Assembly: GCA_040143965.1 (NCBI GenBank)
Contig: JASJQH010006878.1
Span: 54,159 to 74,158 of the forward strand
DNA length: 20,000 nucleotides
Direction of reading: 5' to 3'
From: Basidiobolus ranarum
Taxonomy: Eukaryota
Each line of letters opens with the position of its first letter. The first letter of the stretch is position 1. The notes beneath the pieces are model-generated. The model made no database searches, had not been told where the DNA came from, and saw nothing but the letters and a program-made list of their open reading frames with translations. Shown piece after piece: positions 1 to 11,749 of this stretch. Position numbers and translations under genes: made by a program.

Positions 1-970
1 GACAAACTCGGGTCATATTGAATATGAGCTAGATATCCAGGAATGTTAATGGAATCCATGATAAACATTTCCCATCAAACTTACGAGAGTTCGTAGATTT
101 TTCTTTAACAATAAACAATGAGCAAAAGAAAATCGTAATAAGATAAATGAGTGTATACACATACCTAAAGAAGAGATGATGTTTTTCCCTTTAGAATATT
201 CGGGTTTAATCATAATTCTATTATTTACGTGATCTCCAGAATCCTGAAATATTAATGTTAAACATAATCCCAAGAATGTTTTGATGGTTATTTTGACAAT
301 CCACTTACTTGATCGACATCCATAATTTCCATTTTAGCCTTTCCTTTACTTTTGGTTTTACGCCGTTTATTTCTAATCGGGCTATTGGGAGTATCGTCCT
401 GTTTCGTGTCTACGCCCTCTTTCACCGGGTAGGGATATGCCTGAGAGAGGTTGGGGATTGGTTCGCATTGCCATTCACTGTGTTGCTTTTCTTGAGATAA
501 GGCTATAATGGTGGTTGGAAGTTTGAGAATTTAACCAATATAGTAAAAAGGAGGCACTAGTTACCAGCCCCTGTCATTTCTTCGTATGAATCGAGTAATT
601 CTTGATATGCATCGGCTAGTTCCCCGGTTGATTCCATTTTATTCAGTCCTCTCTTAGTTATTGGAGTTTTACAAAGTGGACATTTTGCTAGATTCATTTG
701 AAGCGATTGGTGTATGCATTCTTCACAGAATAAATGGTTGCATTGGGTTGAATAAGGATCTCGTAGAATTCCCAGGCTAATGAAGATAACATATGTGAAT
801 AGTTAAATTATAGAGCTCTTCTTCGAGAATATATTGGTCATTTAAAAAGACTACCAAATTGGACAATTGAGTTCTGCTGCCATTCGTCGTAGAAGACCAC
901 TTACAGTTTTTGGGATTTCCTCATTCACCAAGACTGATTGAGAGAGGATTGTATTTTGCTCCAAAGACAT
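1..970 (-). CDS. C3HC4 RING E3 ligase with a BRCA1-like N-terminus (3' part lies beyond the window edge). Predicted exons 970-855, 776-565, 502-309, 243-165, 102-85, 28-<1
   Basis: Manual splicing (all GT-AG, phases consistent) gives MSLEQNTILSQSVLVNEEIPKTVSGLLRRMAAELNCPICLGILRDPYSTQCNHLFCEECIHQSLQMNLAKCPLCKTPITKRGLNKMESTGELADAYQELLDSYEEMTGA... All 8 zinc ligands are present. It closely resembles the human BRCA1 RING (CPICL..IKEPVSTKCDHIFC..C...CPLCKNDITKRSL). A basic NLS-like stretch (RNKRRKTKSKGK) follows. Confidence 0.8.
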
Positions 971-1371
971 ATGTAAGAGTTTAAAGCAAAGTTCGGTGTG
1001 ATATACAGTAGAAACTACGGTAACGAAAAATACTATTTGCTATGTTGAAGTTCAAAAAGATATTATGCCCTCTTGTCTCGAATTTCTGGTTAGTTCATTA
1101 CCATAGTAGCAGTCAAAATCACAACAAATCTTTGAAACAAAAGCTAGCAGAGGGTAGAAAAGCTAACTGCGCCATTGCTTAACTTAATTCAACTTTCTCT
1201 ATAATGAATAAATTAAATCCATTCCAAAGGGGTCATCAAATCACGGTTTTATAAAAAAATCTGAGGTTTTTTTATGCTTTCACGCGATCGTATCATTAAG
1301 TAATAGTAGCATTCACACCAAAAAGATTTAGTTGCTATTTACCTTGTTCTCCTAGAGTATTTCTCGACGAG

Positions 1372-3956
1372 ATGCCGGGTCAAAATCTCAAAAGTAACGT
1401 CGACAATGATGACAGCTCGTCTCTATTTATGATTGTATCCTTTTTATATAGTCCAACATACTAGTTTAGCCTATCTATACTTTACATACGTTTAATTCCT
1501 TAACACTGATCTATAGAGCGAAGAAGACATCGCATATGAAGAAGACCTTTTACGAAACCCTTATACCCTTAAAAGTTGGTTGAGATATTTGGATCACAAG
1601 AGTAACTCTTCACTCCAACATAAAATCTTTATCTATGAAAGAGCTGTCAAAGAACTCCCTGGTTCTTATAAGCTTTGGAAAGCTTACTTGGATCTTAGAC
1701 GTTCTATCCTCAAGGGTAAGAATCCTGTAAGCTTTGCTCCCGCATATGAAAAAGTGAACAATTGCTTTGAAAGAGCTTTAGTTTTATTACACAAGGTATG
1801 CCACTTCAGAAACCCCCATTCGCATCCACTACTTTGATTTTAACTAGATGCTTTGAAACTATAGATGCCTCGTATCTGGCTTGACTATTGTCACTTTTTG
1901 ATCAATCAAGGGTATGTTACAAAAACCCGTAGAGTTTTTGATCGCGCACTTCGTGCTCTTCCCATTACCCAGCATTCTAGAGTATGGGAATTATACTTAA
2001 GATTTGCGCGTCTGGTTGGTGGTGAAACCTCGTTACGTATTTACAAACGCTATCTTCAATTAGAACCTGACCATGTAGAGGAGTATGTTGATTTACTCAT
2101 TTCCTTAAAACGATACGACGAGGCCACCACTAAGCTTGCCGTAATAGCTAATGACGATAAATTCAAATCGTTACATGGAAAGTCTAAATATCAGCTGTGG
2201 ATGGAGCTCTGTGATATTGCTTGTAAACATCCCACAGAAATTAAGACCTTAAATATCGAACCTATTATTCGTGATGGAATTAAACGATTTACCGATCAGG
2301 TAGGAAAATTGTGGAATTCTTTAGCTAGATACTGGATAATGCAAAATCAATTCGAAAAAGCTAGAGACGTATACGAAGAGGGGATAAATTCTGTCATGAC
2401 AGTTCGTGATTTTACTCAAGTCTTCGATGCATACGCTGAATTTGAAGAGTCTGTTATCACATCTAAAATGGAATTGGTTGCTGAGCGAGCAGAAGATGGT
2501 GAACAAGATCCCGAGGAAGATTTGGATCTTGACTTAAGATTGATGAGATTTGAAAAATTAATGGATAGACGGCCATTCCTTGTCAACGATGTTCTCCTTA
2601 GACAAAACCCTAACAATGTCAGCGAATGGGAAAAACGTGTTGCCTTGTGGAAAGATAATGCTGAAAAGATTGTTGAGACATACACAACAGCCATAGCTAC
2701 TATAAATCCCAAGAAAGCCACTGGTAAACTCAATCAATTATGGGTGAACTTTGCTAAGTTTTACGAAAAAGGAGGTAACTTGGAAACAGCCCGTGCCGTT
2801 TTTGAAAAAGGAGTTTTGGTCAACTTCAAGTCTGTGAATGATTTGGCCGATCTCTGGTGTGAATATGCCGAAATGGAACTTCGACATGAGAATTTCGATA
2901 GGGCTGCTGAGATCATGGGTCGCGCGACTGCTCCTCCAAAGAACACCAAAGTCAGTTACCATGATGAATCGATACCGGTCCAAAATCGTGTCTTTAAAGC
3001 TTTGAAGCTCTGGTCGTTTTATGTTGATCTTGAAGAAAGTATTGGTTCTGTTGAATCCACTCGTGCTGTATATGACCGTGTTTTAGACTTGAAGATTGCT
3101 ACACCACAGATCATCATCAATTACGCCGCTTTTCTGGAAGAAAACAAATACTTTGAAGAGAGTTTCAAAGTATATGAGCGGGGTGTTGAGTTGTTCAACC
3201 ATCCAGTGGCTTTCGAAATATGGAATATCTACCTCTCCAAGTTCCTTGAACGCTTTGGCGGCTCCAAGCTTGAGCGCGCCCGAGATCTCTTCGAACAAGC
3301 ATTGGAGAAGTGTCCTGCTAAATTTGCCAAACCTCTTTATTTGATGTATGGCAAACTTGAAGAAGAACACGGTTTAGCCAAGCATGCCATGAAGATTTAT
3401 GATCGTGCTACTAGAGCAGTCTCTGATGAAGACAGATTTGAAATGTTTAATTTCTATATCGCCAAGGCCAGTGCCTCATTTGGTATCGCATCTACCCGCG
3501 AAATTTATGAACGTTCGGTGGAGGTTTTACCAGATCACCAAGCCAGAGAAATGTGTATGAGATATGCCGAGTTAGAAGTTAAGCTTGGCGAAATTGACCG
3601 TGCTAGAGCTTTATATGCATTTGGATCTCAGTTCTGCGATCCTCGAGTAAGTGTTAGTTGTTTAAGAGGATCTTTCTTCATAGTGTTGACCCTTATTTCT
3701 ATTTTAGATTGTACCTACGTTCTGGAAGATCTGGGAGAATTTCGAAATTAAGCATGGTAATGAGGATACTTACAAGGAGATGCTTCGCATCAAGAGAAGT
3801 GTTCAAGCACAATATAACACGGAGGTTAATTTCATCTCGGCTCAAATGATCGCTACTCGCCAGGAACAGCAGCAACAAGAAACTGAATCTAAGGCACCAG
3901 CAAGCACTGAAGTAGCTGGATCTGGAGAAATTGATATCGACGATATGGATCTCTAA
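1372..3956 (+). CDS. SYF1: Pre-mRNA splicing factor SYF1/XAB2 (HAT/TPR repeats), ~790 aa. Exons 1372-1434, 1517-1795, 1865-3646, 3708-3956
   Basis: Typical motifs: [85 protein letters not shown]. Three GT-AG introns join the ORFs in frame. Confidence 0.96.
1435..1516 (+). other. U12-type (minor spliceosome) GT-AG intron, SYF1 intron 1
   Basis: 5' splice site GTATCCTTT (1435-1443), branch sequence TTCCTTAAC (1496-1504) ending 12 nt before the intron end, and no polypyrimidine tract. Both signals match the U12 consensus exactly. Removing the intron keeps the reading frame. Confidence 0.9.
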
Positions 3957-4217
3957 TGGAAAGGATGATTGGAAGCCACGGAAGCGGCCCCTCTGTTTTT
4001 TACATGTTTTGATTTGAAGTCACCTATAAATGCAAATTCAATATATAAAAACTAGCTGTAAAATAGGAATCATTCAAGTTAATGTTTTCAGTGTATGGAT
4101 TTATTGAAACAGCGGAATTCACTTGCGCACACCAATTCTCATGATATATATAGTCGCATAACATGTCTATAAATTATAGGCGTATGTGAATAGTCGGTGT
4201 AGCTTGTATATCCTTCG

Positions 4218-5434
4218 TTATTGAGCTTTTAATAATTGTTCTTTTTCCATGGTGATCAGTTTGGCAAGACGTGTAGCTATGTTTTTTCCTGGAACGTTCC
4301 AAGTTTCACAGAATTTCTCAGCAACCTCACGAGGATCGTCAAATTCGTGTAGAACAATGGTTTTTCTCCCACCATCATGAATTTCGATATCTAACAACAT
4401 AATGATTTCCCCTTGCTCTATCCCTTGTGCAGTCTCTTCCTCACTTTCAGATGTAACATGCTGTGGATTTTTGGTAGTTGCCACTTCCGAAGCTGGGGGT
4501 TTTGTCGACTCCGATGGCTTATCTGAATTATAAGTAATGATCTCTTCAGCCGCATCTATTAGGTATTCCTGAGAGTCGTCATCTTCTGTAGGATCACTCC
4601 AATATTCTAACCCATCTATATCAGAACTACAATCGAATAACGTGCATTTTCGTTCAGTCTCTTCCAATTCCAACTCTGAAAACCCATCTATGATTATCCC
4701 TATTTTTTGATATTCGTCTTGCTCTGCCAAGTCATCCCAAGGTGTGGATAGCTTCCTTTCCGTGGATTGAAAATTTTTACTTGCATTCGGTTTGGGGTAT
4801 TTTTGAACTTCTTTACGCCTATTATGCTCTATGTACTCCGGCTTGAAATTTTTTCCTTGTCTATGTAATTGACCTGATCCTACTTCATACTCTGAAGTCT
4901 TTTTAATCGATACCGGCACATTAAATGATTGATTTTTTCTATTCTTGTTCTTATGTTTAGGAAGCGCTCTATTATCTGGGTTTGGTTTGTAGTTTTTTCC
5001 TATACGATGAAGACCACCAGCTTCTACTTCTCCGGCCGCTAACTTGCTCTTTTGAGGTCCTATGGTATGCCAAGCTGAAACGGCATGCTTTGGAAGCTTT
5101 GTAGAACTGGAATTGACATTCTTATAATCCTCCATTGTATCTAAATCACACGAACCATGGTCACTAAAACTTGGCTTGCCCTTTGTATAGTCAAATAGAT
5201 AACGATCTGTGGTATTTAGTTTATCTGTTTATATTTGTTTATCGAAATATAGGCTTTCTTACTTTTACCGGAGACATGTTTTTCTTTTCTTGGCCTACCT
5301 CCTTCGTTAATTGGTTTATAATTTTTACCAAGTCGATGCAAACCACCCAAAGCGACTGTTCCCTCTCTTCGATCACTTTCAACGGGACCTAAGGAATGCC
5401 AGGCTGATATTCTGTCCTGTTTAAGCTCGGACAT
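4218..5434 (-). CDS. Hypothetical protein (~386 aa) with 2.5 copies of a 32-aa N-terminal repeat, an acidic low-complexity middle and a compact PFU-like C-terminal domain. Exons 5434-5263 (alternative donor 5269) and 5206-4218
   Basis: ORFs 5216-5434 and 4218-5135 share the motif SAWHxxGP...GGLHRxGKNYKP. A 56-nt gtaaga...cag intron joins them in frame. Confidence 0.75.
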
Positions 5435-5883
5435 GCTATCTTTCTTCGTATCTGAAGGGGTTAATAAACAATATTTAAAGGATGGAATTAAAATAATAGA
5501 CTAAAGAAAATGGCTGGCCAATGCTCCAGTGTGTGGTTGCCAGAACAAAAAAGAGAATAATCAAACTCAAAGGGACTCTTTATTGAATCTCCTTGTCCAT
5601 TTGTTCGCTTAAATCAATAGACATGCGAGCGATAAAATGGTTTGATTAAAAATGAAATGATGGAATAATCACAATCATCACTCAAGGTTATATATATGTG
5701 AACCTTAATCCAGAAAAGAGGCACAAGTTGAGCGAACTTCATGACTGCTAATTTTCAGGATTTATTTAACCCCAGCTAAGATAAAATCTAACGTTTATTT
5801 CTACGAGAAAATAGCCATTGGTATTGCGTGAGTTAAAAGCAAGGCATTTTTGTCATCTGAAATGCAAATTGAGTCCAGTAAGT

Positions 5884-6571
5884 CTAATCCGTTCCAGTCA
5901 ATCCTTCGGACTTGTGGTTAGTTACAGTATGTTCAGCTCCAACTGATTTCAAATTTTCGATCTACATGACTTGAGATGTTATATGAAATGTGGAATATTG
6001 GCTGTAATAAGGCTATTGATTACCAAAGTGTAGTTACTCATCTCCCCTTCATATCGCGCTTTATCTTGGACTGCCAATTCAGCATAAGGCTACTCAATAA
6101 AGTTAGTACAAACACCCACAAATCCCAGAAATCTAGTGAGTACCTTTTTTTCGTCTTCACCCATAGTTTTCCACCTGGCTGCCAAAAGCTTTACCAAATC
6201 AGATGGTGAAGCATCGGGGTTGTTTTCTTTCTCAGACGCTCTGGTTCGTATGTTGGTTAGTATCTGTGTATATATGGTAAGCACTTTGCTTTTTATATTT
6301 GTAAAGACTACCTCTGCTCTGTTGCGAAGATTATGTACGAGCTTCTTGGCCTCTTCGGACGATCTTTCTTTCGGTCATCGTCGCCTTTGTCTGTCTTGGA
6401 TTTTCTTCCTCTCTTGACACCTTTTTCATTTGAGGTATTGGATTGAAGTCTTTTTGGCTTTGATACTACGTTACATATCACCTTTTGCATACTATAGGAT
6501 TTTTGGGTGCCTGCGTCGATACGTTTGCTCGTTAATTCGTTGGAGATTTTCTTTACTCCTGAGTATTCCAT
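5884..6571 (-). CDS. Single HMG-box protein (Nhp6/HMGB-type), ~166 aa. Exons 6571-6312, 6240-6144, 6089-6024, 5961-5884
   Basis: Spliced HMG box: KDRPKRPRSSYIIFATEQRASEKENNPDASPSDLVKLLAARWKTMGEDEKKPYAELAVQDKARYEGEM, preceded by a basic N-terminal region. The start codon and last exon are less certain. Confidence 0.85.
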
Positions 6572-6901
6572 AGTCTTCTCTATGAAGAATTTGGTCAAGA
6601 ACTGAAAGTACCAATTCAATGTGCGTTGGTTGGCATTTTTATGCTCATCTTGGCCTATCGCATCACCTGATATTGCGCCGCACATGGTAAATAGATGCAG
6701 TTTAGAATATATGCTTCACCATAAACCTTGAGTCATTGATCTTCAATAAGCATAGCATTCATTCAAGTTGAAGTGATGATTTCAAGGATTCATTAGAAAA
6801 TAACCCTGCGAAGACTACAATATTACAGTAAATCGAATCAAGTTTATTCATCAGATTTTCACTAGTTCACTGCGACTTTGAGTAAATGCAAACTACTCAG
6901 A

Positions 6902-7611
6902 TTATGATTTTTGATAATGTTTTTGTGTAGAAGGAGCAACCCCAAATTCCTCTGGAATGTCGATTTTATGCTCAATACATATTACTTTGATAAGAGCATG
7001 GTGGTGAACTAAAATTGAGCACTGATTAGACCAATAATTTCAGCTATACCAAATACATCAAACTTGACTACTTACTAGCGTGATGAATACAGAACCATAA
7101 CTCTCTTCCATAATTTGACAAGAATTCGGATTCTTTATCTTCAGTGCTATTAACAATTGCGAGTAAACGAACAGGTGTATCGAGCGACATAGTATTGTTT
7201 AGTATTTTGGTCTGAAGTTTCTCGATTTCTTGAATAGCTATCTGTTTATCTGTCTCCATAGGAACCTAAGTACGGAAGTTAAGTTATTGAAGCCAAAAAA
7301 AACCAACCTTGAATAATAGTTCATACATTACGGTCGCGAGAGTCATAATCAACTGCCCAGATAGTTTGTCCATTTTGAATGCATGGAGTGTCCGGCTTAT
7401 TTACCAGAAGCAGTCTATAATGATCAACCAAGTGTCGTACATGCTTTGCAATGTTACTCTTTGGAACAAAAACTGATTCCTTTGTAAACAAGAGTGCGTC
7501 TGGAAGTGACTCCAGAAGAGCTTTACTTTGTTGTAACACTTCAGCGGCAACTGAGCCAAGCTCGTAGTCCTTGTCCGTCTTCTCGGTAGGTACACTTGTG
7601 TTCTTTGTCAT
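6902..7611 (-). CDS. DinB/YfiT-like four-helix-bundle putative metalloenzyme, ~193 aa. Exons 7611-7327, 7265-7076, 7008-6902
   Basis: Motifs SNIAKHVRHLVDHY, VDYDSRDR, RELWFCIHHAIHHHALIK and FGVAPST match the bacterial DinB-family pattern (SIGxHxRHxxDHY...DYDxRxR...RELxFxxxHxxHH...FGxAPST). Confidence 0.85.
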
Positions 7612-7944
7612 TTCGAATCTTCTTGTTTTACAGGCTTAACTCTAGTACGATGTATATATAGAAAGAGTTGGTAGAGATGTAAGTATGTGTTACACTCTAC
7701 AAATATGCTTTAAAGGCAACACTCATCCCGTCATTACCTGCATGTGACTTGGTACTCCAGTTTTACCTCAAACCTTTAATGACAAATCAGGTTTATTGTA
7801 GCATATCACCTCAACTGACGCAAGTCACATATCATTGTTTACTTACTCAAATCAGTTAAATATTGTGGGGACGCATATTACATAGCCATTCAATTCTGAA
7901 TCAATACTTTACTACTGTATGAAATGATCAATATGTCATGAGTA

Positions 7945-7965
7945 TTAAATTAAATTAAATTAAAT
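7945..7965. repeat. (TTAAA)4 pentanucleotide microsatellite in AT-rich intergenic DNA
   Basis: ttaaattaaattaaattaaat read directly from the sequence. Confidence 0.7.
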
Positions 7966-8295
7966 CAACTACGATTCATATCCCTGGAAATTAATCATGA
8001 ATTTAAACGGTATTTATAAAATTGATTAAAACCAACCTTTTGATGTAAAGTTAAACAATTCATAACTGTGATTTATTCTATATTTAAAATGAAGTTAACT
8101 TGATTCCAAATATTCTTGGGGCTTGGATTAAAAAAACTAGTGTGAAATTAATCAGCTTACGTAGTCGTCACCACCTAGGAGAGAAGCAACGCGCAATACT
8201 ACTTCTCCTGGTCTTGAACTAATAAAGATTATCGACAGAAGTAAGAGCAGAAATATTTATACTTAACGCATCCAAGTCATATATATACATACAAG

Positions 8296-9720
8296 ATGGT
8301 TCTCGAAGCTACTATGCTCATGTAAAGTTTCATTCTCATAATCGTACATCTAATTCCATGTTTATCAGGATCCTTACAATCGTTTACCTCCTACTTGTAA
8401 CATATATAGTTTAGATAACTCCGAATGGATGAGAAATGGCGATTACACTCCCACTCGATTGGAAGCCCAAGGAGACGCTGTCAACTTGATTTTCAACTCA
8501 AAGTTTCAATCTAATCCCGAAAATACTGTTGGTTTAATGACGATGGCAAGAAAAGGGTTTGTATTTATTTAAAAAGATGTGTGTGTGTGTGACTTCTTAA
8601 ATTTACACAGATTTTTTTTCTTCATGTAGTCCTGAAGTGTTGGTCACTTTAACTCGCGATGTAGGGAAAATTCTAAATGCTCTTCATAATATCAAGGTGG
8701 AAGGAAACTCCAACCTGACTACTGGAATCCAAATTGCTCAGGTTTGTGTTTATTTTAAGATACTCTTTATTTTTACTCCTTTGTTGACTTATTCACTTGT
8801 CTGTCGAAACTATACAGCTTGCATTGAAGCACAGACAGAATAAAAATCAGCAACAACGTATCATTGTCTTCGTTGGTAGTCCAGTATCAACCGATGAGAA
8901 AAGTTTAGTAAAGTTGGCCAAGAAAATGAAGAAAAACAATATCGCCATTGACGTCATCAACTTTGGTGAAGAAGGAGAAAATACCAGTAAACTTGAAGCT
9001 TTTATAACTGCTGTTAATAGTAATGATAATAGGTAAGACATAAACTTGCTTTACTTCATTCAGGAAATACAGCGATATATTAATGTATCTTTAATATTTT
9101 CTAGTCATCTTGTTACTATCCCACCAGGTCCTCATATTCTCAGCGATATTCTCCTATCCTCACCTATTTTCGCCGGCGAAGGTAGCTCCGTGCCCGGATA
9201 TAGTGGCTCTGGAGGCTCCTATGAACTTGGCGTGGATCCTAACCTTGATCCTGAACTTGCTCTCGCTCTTCGTATTTCTCTTGAAGAAGAAAAAGCTCGT
9301 CAAGAACAAGAATCTGCCAAGACTACCCAAGATAAAGAGGGCAACCTTGCCACTCCTCAAGCTACAGCCTCATCAGCTAATGCTGGCAACAGTGAAGAAG
9401 ATATGTTAGCCCAAGCCTTAGCCATGTCTATGGATAATGCTGATGGTAAGGATATTCAAATGGAAGATGTACCCGAGGAAGCATTGACCGAGGAGGAACA
9501 AATTGCTCGTGCCATCTCTTTATCCATGCAATCCGAATCCAACGACCAAAGTAACGCAGAAACCACATCCTCTGACTCCACCTTTATGAATTCAGTTTTA
9601 GAATCCCTCCCAGGCGTTGATCCAAATGACCCACGCGTTAAAAGTGCCTTACAAGGACTTTCCAGCAATCCCGATTCTGATAAAAAAGAGAAACAGAATG
9701 ATGATGAAAAGAAGGAGTAA
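8296..9720 (+). CDS. RPN10: 26S proteasome ubiquitin receptor Rpn10/PSMD4, ~371 aa. Exons 8296-8321, 8410-8556, 8630-8741, 8818-9032, 9105-9720
   Basis: vWA N-terminus [29 protein letters not shown], then [59 protein letters not shown], further UIMs and LPGVDPND. Confidence 0.97.
8578..8591. repeat. (TG)7 dinucleotide microsatellite in RPN10 intron 2
   Basis: tgtgtgtgtgtgtg read directly from the sequence. Confidence 0.7.
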
Positions 9721-10342
9721 AATACTCACCAATAATTCCTTTCATTAATTGATTATTTATACTTCTTGATATTTACCCAACATAAAATTTCAACGAACAC
9801 ATTGTATTCTTTGAATCTAGTTTCATTGTGATGAAAAGCAAAAGCCCAACCGACAAATCATTTTCTCACATAAAACGTGTATTTGTAATCAATCATTAGA
9901 GTGAAAGATTGGAATTCACTATTTCAATATAATTTTTTACTTCACATGAGATATTGAATTCCATTTATTGATAGAATTTAAAAATACCAGTTCTAAGTAA
10001 AAATTTCAGTGTTGTTTCGTGAAACTTTAAAATTCATTTAAAATGGAAAAAATTCAATCTGATCATGCTACATAATGATAATGATATAATTCCGCAATTC
10101 TTGGTTGCATTCATCTTCATGATGCACATCCTGTTATCCAATGTTATAATGGTTGAGAGTACTCATTAGAAAATACTGCTCAAACTTGCACTACCCCCCC
10201 TCATCCGGTTTCAATTGATATTAATCTAATATGAGGAGCCCAAGTTTGATAACCCCTGGCCTAATAGAGGAAGTCCAGTTCTCTCTATACTATAAGTTGA
10301 GGAGTGTTGGCGTCTTTTTTCTTTACTTGAAACAGAAATTGA

Positions 10343-11749
<1,407 letters not shown>

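Noticed and set aside
5884-6571. HMG gene as a sexM/sexP mating-type locus
   Set aside because: The box is HMGB/Nhp6-like (PKRPRSSYIIF...DKARYEGEM), not MATA-HMG (RPxNAF). The typical flanking triose-phosphate transporter and RNA helicase genes are absent.
6760-6900. Possible box C/D snoRNA (GTGATGA at ~6773)
   Set aside because: No suitably placed CTGA D box or terminal stem.
8166-8176. Rpn4/PACE-like element upstream of RPN10 (GGTGGTGAC on the minus strand)
   Set aside because: Only a partial match to GGTGGCAAA, which cannot be told from chance.
8322-8409. RPN10 intron 1 as a second U12 intron (contains TCCTTAC)
   Set aside because: The donor is gtaaag, not RTATCCTT, and the motif lies too far from the 3' splice site.
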